From the IMG/VR virus record IMGVR_UViG_2841517901_000005, positions 2,063 through 66,062 of that record: DNA of 64,000 bases; one strand, written 5' to 3'. The position numbers and the translations under genes are program-made. The notes beneath the pieces were generated by a model. The model did no database searches, was not told the DNA's origin, and was given only the letters and a program-made list of their open reading frames with translations. The DNA is from a virus. Lineage: Duplodnaviria; Caudoviricetes. Positions 37,297-46,642 of this stretch are shown here, piece after piece. Position 1 is the first letter of the stretch, and every line of letters begins with the position of its first letter.

Positions 37297-39696
37297 GTGG
37301 CGCTTGTGCTTGACCGTTTCGCGATGGAACTGGGGATCGACGCATCCCAATTCGTGAAAGGGCAACGCGACGCGGTCAACTCGTTCCGCAAGACCCGCGA
37401 GGCCGTGGTCAAGGATGGCCAGGGCATCGAGACGGCGGCTGAGAAGGCAGCGGCCAGCGTCGACCGGCTGGTCCGCAACTTCGCCAAGCTGTTCGCGATC
37501 ATCACGACCGGCCGCAGCCTGTCGGCCTTCGTCTCGGACGTCACGAGCGCCGACGCGGCGCTGGGGCGGCTCGCCACCAGCATCGGCCGGGCCCCCGAGC
37601 TCATCTCCGCCATGTCGAAGGCGGTGGAGCGCTCGGGCGGTGACGCGCAAGCGGCGGCCCGTTCGTTCCAGTCCTGGTCCGAGCAGGTCGAGCAGATCCG
37701 CACGACCGGCGACTCGTCGATCCTGCCGTTCCTGGCCCGCCTTCGACAAGCGGGCGGCCAGGTCATCGACATGAACAACAAGAGCATCGACGGCCTTGTT
37801 GCACTTGCCGACAACCTGAAAGCCGTCGCAGATCAGCAAGGTATCGCGAGCGCGACATGGTTCGGCAAGCAGATCGGGTTCGACGAGGGCACGATCGCCC
37901 TTCTGGTTAAGGGCGGTGCCGCACTGCGCCGGGCGGTGGCCGAGTCCGAAAAGCTCGGCATCGCGACGGGCAGGGACACCGCGGCCGCGCAGGAGCTCCA
38001 GACCGCCTATCGCACGCTCACCCAGGAGGTCGAGAGCTTCGGCCGCACGATCCTGACCGCGGTGTCGCCGGTCCTGGTGCAGCTGCTCAAGGACATCCAG
38101 GCGATCGTTCGGGCGGTCAAGGAGTGGGTGCAGTCGAACGTCGTGCCCTTCCTGAAAGAGTTCGCCGACTCGATGGGGATCGCCGGGTCGGAGACGAAGA
38201 CCCTGGTCAGGATCACCGAGGCGCTGTTCGCGCTGTGGCTGGGGTCGAAGGCCATCGCGTTCCTGCGGGTGCTCGGCACGATGCGGCTGCTGCTGACGGG
38301 CGGGCGGGTGGCGGGCGCGGCAACGGCGGCGGCGAGCGGCGGGCTGCTCGGCGGCATCATGGGCGGGCTCGGGCTCGGCGCCGCAGCGGCTGCGGCCAAC
38401 TCGCAGGGCATCCTGGCGCCGCCGGAGCGCAGCCAGTCCTGGCACGAGAGCGTGGTGCGCGCGCTGGATCCTGGATTGGCGAACCGGATCTACGGCTCGA
38501 CTGGCGGGGGCGGGGGCGGGGGCGGCCCGACGCTGATGGGGCGGGTCACGGGCGGCATCCGGCGGATGCTCGGGCTCGGGGGTGGTGAGGCAGCTGGCGG
38601 TGGCGCGCCTGGGATCGGCGCCCAGTCCGGCCTGCTCGACTCAAAAGGGGCGAGCCCAGAAGTGGTCGCCTACATCCGACAGCGTGCCGCCGCGCTCGGG
38701 ATCGACCCCGACACTGCCGTGGCGGTGGCGAACACCGAGGGGCTGCGCGGCTACAAGCTGGATGGCAAGAAGGACGGCGGTGGCGACAATGGGATGTCGT
38801 TCGGCCCCTACCAGATGTTCTATGGCGGCGGGCTCGGGAACGAGTTCACAAAGCGCACCGGCCTGCACGCAAGCGACAAGAGCACCTACAAGCAGCAGAT
38901 CGACTTTGCGCTCGAGCACGCGGCAAAGAATGGCTGGGGCGCGTTCCACGGCGCCGGGAACAACGGCATCGGGAACTGGGCCGGCATCGGTGGCCGGTCG
39001 GGAAGCGCCCCCGGGCGCGGATCGGCGAACCACATGCAGGGGCAGTACGGCGCGGCTGGCACCAACCTGACGACCATCACCACGGCTTCCGGCAAGAAGG
39101 TCACCGTGCACGCAGCCGCCGCGGAGTCCTTCAAGAACTTCATCGATGAACTTGAAGGCACCGGGTACAAGATCGACAGTCTCGGCGGGTACAACTATCG
39201 CACCAAGCGCAACGGTACAGGGCTCAGCCAGCACGCATACGGCAACGCAATCGACATCAACCCACTAAAAAACCCCATGACGAATGGGAAGCTCATCACC
39301 GATCTTCCCCCCAACATCTCGGACCTGGCTGCCAAGCACGGCCTCTCATGGGGCGGCGACTGGAAGCGCACCAAGGATGCGATGCACTTCGAGTGGACTG
39401 GGCGCAATCCGAAAGACGCGGCTCCGCAGTCCACACCTAAGGCTGCCCCGCAAGCTTGGTGGCGCGGGGCGCCGGGAGCAATGGCCTCTGTCTCACAGGC
39501 TCGCGAGGCGCAGGCAGCACAGATCGGGCGCCAGATGAACGACAACCGGTCGAACTCGACTACGACGAACAGCACCCACATCGGCAGCGTCACAGTTCAG
39601 ACTGCAGCGACCGACGCAAGCGGCATTGCACGAGACATGGAAGAGTCGTTGAAGCGGCGATCGTTCGTGGCCGCCGCTACGACGGGGCAGGCATAG
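37297..39696 (+). CDS. Tape measure protein with lysozyme-like and M15 peptidase domains
   Basis: Helical N-terminus; VANTE..SFGPYQ; SQHAYGNAIDIN..WGGDW..DAMHFE. Confidence 0.88.
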   Translation: MALVLDRFAMELGIDASQFVKGQRDAVNSFRKTREAVVKDGQGIETAAEKAAASVDRLVRNFAKLFAIITTGRSLSAFVSDVTSADAALGRLATSIGRAPELISAMSKAVERSGGDAQAAARSFQSWSEQVEQIRTTGDSSILPFLARLRQAGGQVIDMNNKSIDGLVALADNLKAVADQQGIASATWFGKQIGFDEGTIALLVKGGAALRRAVAESEKLGIATGRDTAAAQELQTAYRTLTQEVESFGRTILTAVSPVLVQLLKDIQAIVRAVKEWVQSNVVPFLKEFADSMGIAGSETKTLVRITEALFALWLGSKAIAFLRVLGTMRLLLTGGRVAGAATAAASGGLLGGIMGGLGLGAAAAAANSQGILAPPERSQSWHESVVRALDPGLANRIYGSTGGGGGGGGPTLMGRVTGGIRRMLGLGGGEAAGGGAPGIGAQSGLLDSKGASPEVVAYIRQRAAALGIDPDTAVAVANTEGLRGYKLDGKKDGGGDNGMSFGPYQMFYGGGLGNEFTKRTGLHASDKSTYKQQIDFALEHAAKNGWGAFHGAGNNGIGNWAGIGGRSGSAPGRGSANHMQGQYGAAGTNLTTITTASGKKVTVHAAAAESFKNFIDELEGTGYKIDSLGGYNYRTKRNGTGLSQHAYGNAIDINPLKNPMTNGKLITDLPPNISDLAAKHGLSWGGDWKRTKDAMHFEWTGRNPKDAAPQSTPKAAPQAWWRGAPGAMASVSQAREAQAAQIGRQMNDNRSNSTTTNSTHIGSVTVQTAATDASGIARDMEESLKRRSFVAAATTGQA

Positions 39697-39735
39697 GCAC
39701 CTTGCCAAGCGAGTAGAGTGTGCCATTTTGCGCCC

Positions 39736-40113
39736 ATGCGCAGCCTCCTACTTGCCCTCCTAATCGTCTCTTCCTCAGCCGCCGCCGCTGACGAAATTCC
39801 CTATGAGTTCACGGGGCTTTGGGCCGAAACCAAGTCGGAGTGCAACCGCGGGCCCGGAGACACTTACAATACATTCCTTGGCAAGAATGTCATTGAGCAA
39901 TATGAAACGTCTTGCAAATTGATAGACATCAAAGTTGATGCGATTGGCAGATCTGCCAATATGAAGTGCGATTTTGGAGGCGTAAAATATATAGGTAGTG
40001 TGCAAATATCTCCAACACCAACCGGCAACCTAGTTGTTGACATGCGTTCTAAGTATTTTGACAAAGGGAGGCTTACACTTTCGCTAGTTTTTTGTAATAG
40101 AAATGCAAAATGA
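39736..40113 (+). CDS. Low-GC secreted protein (moron)
   Basis: MRSLLLALLIVSSSAAAA|D; 4 Cys; AT-rich. Confidence 0.75.
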   Translation: MRSLLLALLIVSSSAAAADEIPYEFTGLWAETKSECNRGPGDTYNTFLGKNVIEQYETSCKLIDIKVDAIGRSANMKCDFGGVKYIGSVQISPTPTGNLVVDMRSKYFDKGRLTLSLVFCNRNAK

Positions 40114-41078
40114 GGCTTATTTGCATAATATTTGTATTTATATTTGTCCACGGGGCAAAGGCGCAGCCGCGCAGCGGCCAGGAAGTCGCGCGACAGAGAA
40201 GTGTCGTGCTGCCGTTCATTAGGTCTGCCACTGATTGCATTGCTCGTGAAGCACTAAAAGAAAATGACATTGAAGCGGCCATTCAGCAAAAGCGGCTCAG
40301 GTCGAAATTGGAAATTCCAATGCGACGCTGCGCCAATGAGCTTGATGCAATGGTCGCAATACACGACAGAGTTTACTACCCCGGCGCTGGAGAGGATTTT
40401 TTCCAAGGGCAATACGTTGACGACCTTCCGCGGGCGGTAGGACAGCGGATAGCCTCCGACTTGGCGAAACGGGCCGCGAATGCCTCAGCCGCCCATGAGC
40501 CTCAGGCGGCGCAGGACAAATTCGCCCTGATTGAGCGCGAGTCTGGAAGCAAAGCCAGTGGTGGCGCCGACGCAAACAGTCAGCGGCCCATAGGGGGTCG
40601 AGAGCCGGCACCCAACCGCCCTCTGCCCCTGCCCGGCCAGCCTTCGTTTAGGCCGCCCAACTATGTCATGCCGCCTGGCACGACGGGTCGCACCGACGGA
40701 GCGTCGCCCCCAGCTTCGACCGTGCCTAAGACTGCAACGTCCGATGCCCACGAATGGTTGGCGCTCCTCGCCTTCGCGGCCTTCGGCTTCTTCCTGCACC
40801 ATCTATCTAAGGTCAGAGCCAGAAAGCGCCGTCGAGACGACTTGCTGACGAAGTATGGCGACGAAGCCATCGTAGATCGTATCGTGGCGGCCAAGATGTG
40901 GCAGGGAATGACTGCTGAAATGCTCCGGGATTCCTGGGGGGAGCCCGATGACATTGGATCAGATGTCTACAAGACCCGCACCACCGAAACGTGGAAATAC
41001 GGGCGAACTGGAAGAAATCGATACATGAACCGCGTGATCGTCGAGGGCGGAGTCGTGGTCGGACACAAGCAGCGGTAG
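40110..41078 (+). CDS. Envelope protein: signal peptide, Pro-rich linker, TM, SmpA/DUF2845-like C-terminal domain
   Basis: GMTAEML..SWGEP...ETWKY. Confidence 0.7.
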   Translation: MRLICIIFVFIFVHGAKAQPRSGQEVARQRSVVLPFIRSATDCIAREALKENDIEAAIQQKRLRSKLEIPMRRCANELDAMVAIHDRVYYPGAGEDFFQGQYVDDLPRAVGQRIASDLAKRAANASAAHEPQAAQDKFALIERESGSKASGGADANSQRPIGGREPAPNRPLPLPGQPSFRPPNYVMPPGTTGRTDGASPPASTVPKTATSDAHEWLALLAFAAFGFFLHHLSKVRARKRRRDDLLTKYGDEAIVDRIVAAKMWQGMTAEMLRDSWGEPDDIGSDVYKTRTTETWKYGRTGRNRYMNRVIVEGGVVVGHKQR

Positions 41079-41081
41079 TGT

Positions 41082-41918
41082 ATGCCCTTCCCCGTCAACG
41101 TTCCAGATGTCGACGGCGTCCCCCCGGTGACGTTCGCCCCTCAGTCCGGCGGCGACATCATCTTGGCGGCGGCCGACGCGGCGGGGATTGGCCCGCTCTT
41201 CGGCGTAGGCGTCGGCGGCGCCCCGCAATGGGGGCTCTATCGCCAGGGACGCCCGGCCGTGACGGCTGAGAGCGTCGTGGCGTTCGACCACAAGGCGGAC
41301 TGGGCCGTCAGCGATCACCCCCTTGAGAAGGGTAGCTTCGAGTCCTTCAACAAGGTCGCGATCCCCTTCGATGTCCGCCTGATCTTCACGGCCGGCGGCA
41401 CAGAGGCCAGGCGCGCGACGCTGCTCAACTCCCTACGCGCCATCGCCGGAGACCTGAACCTCTACGACGCCGTCACGCCCGAGACGGTCTACCGTGACGT
41501 CAACATCGTCCACCTCGACTACCGCCGCACCGCCCAGGCCGGAGCCGGCCTGCTGATCGTGGCGGTGTGGTGCCAGGAGATCCGCCAGACCTCGCCCAGC
41601 ACCGGCGGCTCGGGATCCTCGACCGCGGCCCCGAGCGGGGCCGGGCAAGAGAATGGCGGCACCGTGCAGCCTTCGAGCGTGGACGAGACCGGCGGCGCTG
41701 GCGGCACCGTCAGCGACCAGAGCTTCAGCAATCCCGGCTTCTCGCCGGGCGGCAGCTTCGACCCCAACAACCCGGGCAGCACCACCGGGGTGCCGGCGGG
41801 CTCGTTCATCAACACGCCGATCCCGGACACGGCCATCCCGGACGGTCCGGGCGGCGGCGGCAACGTCGCCTCAGGCGAGATCGCCCTTGAGCCGATCGAC
41901 GTGCCAGCAGGCCAGTAG
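41082..41918 (+). CDS. Baseplate/tail tube initiator protein
   Basis: SDHPLEKGSFESFNKV..P, VTPE..Y. Confidence 0.8.
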   Translation: MPFPVNVPDVDGVPPVTFAPQSGGDIILAAADAAGIGPLFGVGVGGAPQWGLYRQGRPAVTAESVVAFDHKADWAVSDHPLEKGSFESFNKVAIPFDVRLIFTAGGTEARRATLLNSLRAIAGDLNLYDAVTPETVYRDVNIVHLDYRRTAQAGAGLLIVAVWCQEIRQTSPSTGGSGSSTAAPSGAGQENGGTVQPSSVDETGGAGGTVSDQSFSNPGFSPGGSFDPNNPGSTTGVPAGSFINTPIPDTAIPDGPGGGGNVASGEIALEPIDVPAGQ

Positions 41919-42227
41919 ATGCAGATCATCCCCCTGCGTCCCGTGCCGTCGCAGACAGTGATGGTGACGCTCGCCGGCCAGCTGGCGCAGATCGACATCT
42001 ACCAGAAGGCCTACGGGCTGCACCTCGACCTGCGGGTGAACGACGCGCTGCTGCTCGCCGGTGCGGTCTGCCAGGACCGGAACCTGATCGTGCGCAGCGA
42101 CTACATCGGCTTCGTCGGCGACTTGTGCTTCGTCGACACGCAGGGCACCGCCGATCCCACCTACGAGGGGCTGGGGACTCGGTTCGGGCTCGCCTACATC
42201 GAGGCCGGCGAACTCACGATCCGCTGA
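41919..42227 (+). CDS. Small baseplate protein
   Basis: IPL..PSQ...GDL.FVDTQG..DP.Y.GLG.RF.L.Y. Confidence 0.8.
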   Translation: MQIIPLRPVPSQTVMVTLAGQLAQIDIYQKAYGLHLDLRVNDALLLAGAVCQDRNLIVRSDYIGFVGDLCFVDTQGTADPTYEGLGTRFGLAYIEAGELTIR

Positions 42228-42255
42228 CGGCGGGTCTCGCATCCTTCGCCATTGC

Positions 42256-42470
42256 TTGACGGATTTTAATGATTTGCCGGTAGATAGAACTGGCGTGCGC
42301 TAAAAATGCCACGCGCCGCCATCTTTCCGCAGCCCTTCAGGCAACCGAGACCCTGGGGTGTTAGGTTGCGGTTCTCGGATCCTCCGCAAGGAGGTCGGCG
42401 GCGGGGCCCAGCCCTGGAAAAGCAAGCCCCGCCGCCCGTTCGCCGCTCCGGTTACCAGCCGGGGCAACTT
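42256..42470 (+). ncRNA. Structured leader upstream of the antirepressor, C4-antisense-like
   Basis: TTGACG promoter candidate; hairpins GCGTG/CACGC, CCTCC-GCAA-GGAGG and an 11-bp stem at 42397-42436. Confidence 0.4.
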
Positions 42471-42492
42471 CCCGATCGATGAGAGAGCATCG

Positions 42493-43233
42493 ATGAGCGA
42501 CAGCACGAATACCCCGTTCCCCGTGGTGCGAGAAGGCGTCATCGGCGCCGGCCTCGTCCAGACGACCGACGCGCGCGAGTTGCACGCGTGCCTAGGCGTT
42601 GGGCGGGACTTCACCACTTGGGTCAAGAAGCGCATCGCGCAGTACGGCTTCGCGGAGCACGTCGACTACGTCGTGATCGATTCCCCCAATCGGGGGGATC
42701 GATCCGGCCGCGGCGGCGATCGCCGGTCGGTGGAGTACCACCTGACCCTCGACATGGCGAAGGAGCTCGCCATGGTCGAAAACAACGAGCGCGGACGACG
42801 CGCTCGACGGTACTTCATCGAGGTCGAGAAGCGGGCACACGAGGCCGCGGCGATCGACATGAACGCGCTCGGCGGCATGGTGAAGCGCATCGTCGCGAAG
42901 CAGCTGTCGGAGGTCGTCCCGGCCCTCGTCCGTGAGCAGGTCGCCACCGGTCACAACGCAGTCATCCAGGGCGTCAGCGCCGGACAGGTGATCGAGATGG
43001 CGGGCGTCACGGCGCGAAAAGGTCTGCGCGGGCTCCCGCGGTGGGTGTCGAGCCGGCTCTATCGGTTCCACGCCACCAAGGGCGTCGTCGTGCGGCTCGC
43101 CAGCCTCGGCAGCCGGCAGGCTTACGTGTTCGATCCGATGGTCAGCCGCGAGTGGCTGATGGAGGGCGGTAGGGCCGAGATCGAGCAGAAGGTCGCCGAG
43201 CGGCGCGGTCAGGGCGTACTGCGGCTCGTCTAA
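42493..43233 (+). CDS. AntA/AntB-family antirepressor
   Basis: DARELH..LGVGRDFTTW.K.RI..YGF...EYHLTLDMAKELAMVE.NE.GR.AR.YFI. Confidence 0.92.
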   Translation: MSDSTNTPFPVVREGVIGAGLVQTTDARELHACLGVGRDFTTWVKKRIAQYGFAEHVDYVVIDSPNRGDRSGRGGDRRSVEYHLTLDMAKELAMVENNERGRRARRYFIEVEKRAHEAAAIDMNALGGMVKRIVAKQLSEVVPALVREQVATGHNAVIQGVSAGQVIEMAGVTARKGLRGLPRWVSSRLYRFHATKGVVVRLASLGSRQAYVFDPMVSREWLMEGGRAEIEQKVAERRGQGVLRLV

Positions 43234-43303
43234 CGCAGGCGCGTCGGCAATCAGAGGAGGCGGAGGCGACGACCCGCCTCCGCCTGGTCGAGCACGAGAC
43301 GCG

Positions 43304-44167
43304 ATGACCTTCAGCCGCAAGATGATCGATGTGTCGATCTCCCTGGCCTCCGGCTCCTACAGCGGAGGCGGCAACAAGGCGGACATCAAGGGGCACCGCG
43401 TCGTCGCTCTGATCCGCAAGCCCGGCGGCGCCGACATGGCGCAGCTCGAATGTGCGATCTTCGGCCTTCCGCTGAGCGTCATGAATCAGCTGACCACGCT
43501 CGGAACGCAGTTCAACCTGTTCTCGAAGAACGTCATCACCCTGAAGGCCTACGAAGAGGGCCAGCAGCCTGCGATGGTCTTTGAGGGCAACATCAACGTG
43601 GCCTTTGCGGACATGCGGGCAATGCCTGAAACCTGCTTGCGGGTTTCGGCGCTCGCCGGCCTGTTTGCTGCGGTGAAGCCGGTCGATGTCACCAGCCAGA
43701 AGGGCTCGACCGACGTCGCGCAGACGATGGAGCAGATCGCCAAAAAGGCGGAGCTGAAGTTCGAGAACAACGGCGTCGACACCAAGATCGTGAACCCCTA
43801 CCTGCCCGGCTCGGCGCGCCAGCAGGCCCACGAACTCGCCAGGGCTGCGGGCATCAGCTGGATCATCGACAATGGGACGCTGGCGATCTGGCCCGCCGGC
43901 AAGACCCGGAAGGGACAGTCTGTCCTGATTTCGCCACAGACGGGCATGGTCGGATACCCTGCCTACACTCAGGCCGGGATCGACGTGACGACGCTGTTCA
44001 ATCCGGCAATTCAGTACGGCCGGCAGGTTGAGGTGCAGTCGGACCTGAAACCGGCGTGCGGGTCCTGGTCGATCATCAACCTGGATTACGCCCTTGAGGC
44101 CGAAGTGCCGAAAGGTAAGTGGTTCACGACCCTGACGCTGAACCGGATCATCGGAGCCTCGTCATGA
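43304..44167 (+). CDS. Baseplate hub protein
   Basis: IFGL...FEGNI...FENNGV...TGMVGYP. Confidence 0.8.
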   Translation: MTFSRKMIDVSISLASGSYSGGGNKADIKGHRVVALIRKPGGADMAQLECAIFGLPLSVMNQLTTLGTQFNLFSKNVITLKAYEEGQQPAMVFEGNINVAFADMRAMPETCLRVSALAGLFAAVKPVDVTSQKGSTDVAQTMEQIAKKAELKFENNGVDTKIVNPYLPGSARQQAHELARAAGISWIIDNGTLAIWPAGKTRKGQSVLISPQTGMVGYPAYTQAGIDVTTLFNPAIQYGRQVEVQSDLKPACGSWSIINLDYALEAEVPKGKWFTTLTLNRIIGASS

Positions 44168-44841
44168 GCGGCGGTGTCGGCGACGACAAGGATGTCGCGT
44201 CCCAACTCGGGCTGACCGACGGCAACTCGCCTCTCAATCAGCACCGGTACCTCACCGACCAGGCGCAGGCGCAGCATCGCACCCACTTCGTCGGCAAGAT
44301 CGTGGCGGTGCATGGTGGCGGCCGCGACAGCCCGCCCACCGTCGACATCCAACCGATCGTCAAGCAGATGAACGGGGCCGGCAAGAGCCGGTCGCACGGC
44401 ACGATCTACGGCATCCCCGCCACCCGCAGCATCGGCGGCGACAGCGTCATCATCAATGATCCGAAGGTGGGCGACGTCGGGTCATTCTCCGTCCTCGACC
44501 GCGACCATTCCTCGGCCCAGGCCAACGACTGGAGCGAGGCGAACCCGGGCTCGAAGCGCCGCGGGTCGATGTCGGATGCGGTCTACCACGGCCCGCTGCC
44601 GCGCAAGGCCGACAAGCCCAAGCAGTGGATTCACTTCACGGACAAGGGCGTCGAGATCCAGGACCGCAACGGCAACACCCTGGTGGGCGGCCAGGACGGC
44701 TGGAACCTGAACGGCGTCGTCATCGACCGCGACGGCGCCATCAAGGCCCCGGGCGAGGTCACCGCGAAGGCCAAGGGCGCCTCGGTCACCGTCTCCCAGC
44801 ACAAGCACCCCTCGACCGACAAGCCGATCCCGGGGACCTGA
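44164..44841 (+). CDS. Baseplate spike (GpV/Gp138-like)
   Basis: VDIQP, DPKVGD.G, DRD, C-terminal HKH metal-binding tip. Confidence 0.85.
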   Translation: MSGGVGDDKDVASQLGLTDGNSPLNQHRYLTDQAQAQHRTHFVGKIVAVHGGGRDSPPTVDIQPIVKQMNGAGKSRSHGTIYGIPATRSIGGDSVIINDPKVGDVGSFSVLDRDHSSAQANDWSEANPGSKRRGSMSDAVYHGPLPRKADKPKQWIHFTDKGVEIQDRNGNTLVGGQDGWNLNGVVIDRDGAIKAPGEVTAKAKGASVTVSQHKHPSTDKPIPGT

Positions 44842-45191
44842 TGCGCAGCCTGCTCCTCGACACGGTCGCCTGGGACCTCTGCCAGGACACCGCCGGCAAC
44901 ATCGCCGTCGCGAGCAACCCCTACGCCATGGCGCAGGACGCCGCGACCGCGATCCGGACCTGGCAGGGCGACGTCTACTACGACACCCGCGCCGGCATCC
45001 CCTACCGCGACCAGATCCTCGGCCAGCAGGTCCCGCTCTCCCTGGTGCGGTCCTACCTCGAAACCGAGGCCCTGACCGTCCCGGGCGTGGTCCAGGCGCG
45101 TGCCTTCTTCACGCGGTTCGAGGGCCGCCACCTCTCCGGGCAGGTCCAGATCACCGACCGCGCCGGCGCGGTCTCCGCCGCCAGCTTCTGA
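44841..45191 (+). CDS. Baseplate wedge GpW/gp46-like protein
   Basis: WDL..D..GNIA..AQD..GDVYYD..GIPY. Confidence 0.85.
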   Translation: MRSLLLDTVAWDLCQDTAGNIAVASNPYAMAQDAATAIRTWQGDVYYDTRAGIPYRDQILGQQVPLSLVRSYLETEALTVPGVVQARAFFTRFEGRHLSGQVQITDRAGAVSAASF

Positions 45192-45202
45192 CACGAGCAT
45201 CC

Positions 45203-46642
45203 ATGTCGAGCACCGCGATCCCGCGCCCGACCCTCGGGCCGACAGGCTATGTCGCGCCGGCCGAGAGCGCCCTGTACGCGGGCGCCATGGCCGACCTGCA
45301 ACGGGCGTTCGGCGGCGGGCTCAACCCCGGCCCGAAGACCCCGCAGGGGCAGATGGCGACATCGATCGCTGCGCTGGTCGGCAACGTCAACGACATGTTC
45401 CTGCGCATCGTGTCCCAGACCGATCCGGCTTACGCGCAGGGCCGGATGCAGGACGCGATCGGGCGCATCTACTTCCTGGAGCGCCGCCCCGCGCAGCCGA
45501 CCGTCGTGCAGGCGGTCTGCATCGGGCTCGAGGGCGTGACGATTCCCGCCGGCGCCCAGGCGCGCGCCGCCGACGACAACCTCTACGTCTGCCAGCAGAC
45601 CGGCACGTTCGGCCCCTCCGGCACGATGACCTTGCCGTTCGCCTGCACCGCGCCCGGGCCCATCGCCTGCCCCGCCGGCGCGCTCTCGACGATCTACCAG
45701 GCGATCCCCGGGTGGGATACGATCACGAACCCGCAGGACGGCGTGCTCGGCGCGGTGGTCGAGGGCCGGGCGGATTTCGAGATCCGGCGGCGGCAGTCGG
45801 TGGCGCACAACGCCGCCGGCCACCTGCCGGCGGTGCGTGGCGCGGTGCTGAGCGTGGATGGCGTCCTCGACGCCTTCGTGGTGCAGAACGACACCAACCT
45901 GCCGAAAACGATCGGCGGCTACACGCTCTCGGCGAACAGCGTCTACGTGTCGGTCGCCGGCGGCGCGGCCGACGACATCGCTCGGGCGATCTGGACCCGG
46001 AAGGGCGTCGCGAACACCAACGGCTCGACCACCGTCACGGTGCTCGACACGGCCTCCGGCTACAGCCCGCCGTATCCCGCCTACGAGGTGCACTTCGACT
46101 ACGCCCGGCCGCTGCCTGTCCTGTTCGAGGTCCAGATCAAGAACTCGGCGCTGGTGCCGGCCGACGCGACGCAGCAGATCCAGAACGCCCTGATCGCGGC
46201 CTTCGCGGGTGAGGATGGCGGCCCGCGCGCGCGGATCGGCGCTGAAATCCTGGCGAGCCGCTACTATGACCCGGTGCAGGCGCTGGGGCCGTGGGCGCGG
46301 ATCGTGTCCTTGCGCATCGGCGCCTCGACCGTGCCCGACGCGACATTCATGGGAGCGATCGACGGGACGGCGTTGCAGGTCACGGCCCTGGGCTCGGGCT
46401 CGGGCGCGCTCGAGGTCGGCCAGACGATCCTCGACGACAACGGCGTGCTGCTGCCTGGCACCAGGGTCGCGTCCTACGCCACCGGCACGGGCGGCGCGGG
46501 CACCTACGCGCTGTCCACCCCCAACCCCGCCATCACGTCGCGCCGCCTCTACGCCGCGCAGCCCGACCAGTTCCGCGTGCCGGTCGGGATCGACCAGGTG
46601 CCCTCGCTCTCGGCCGCGAACATCATCGTCACGCTGGTATGA
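45203..46642 (+). CDS. Baseplate J/gp47 protein
   Basis: TPQGQ, DP..A.GRMQDAIGRIYF, GWDTITN. Confidence 0.9.
   Translation: MSSTAIPRPTLGPTGYVAPAESALYAGAMADLQRAFGGGLNPGPKTPQGQMATSIAALVGNVNDMFLRIVSQTDPAYAQGRMQDAIGRIYFLERRPAQPTVVQAVCIGLEGVTIPAGAQARAADDNLYVCQQTGTFGPSGTMTLPFACTAPGPIACPAGALSTIYQAIPGWDTITNPQDGVLGAVVEGRADFEIRRRQSVAHNAAGHLPAVRGAVLSVDGVLDAFVVQNDTNLPKTIGGYTLSANSVYVSVAGGAADDIARAIWTRKGVANTNGSTTVTVLDTASGYSPPYPAYEVHFDYARPLPVLFEVQIKNSALVPADATQQIQNALIAAFAGEDGGPRARIGAEILASRYYDPVQALGPWARIVSLRIGASTVPDATFMGAIDGTALQVTALGSGSGALEVGQTILDDNGVLLPGTRVASYATGTGGAGTYALSTPNPAITSRRLYAAQPDQFRVPVGIDQVPSLSAANIIVTLV

Noticed and set aside
43258-43285. Intrinsic terminator after the antirepressor gene
   Set aside because: Strong stem but no U-tract on either strand
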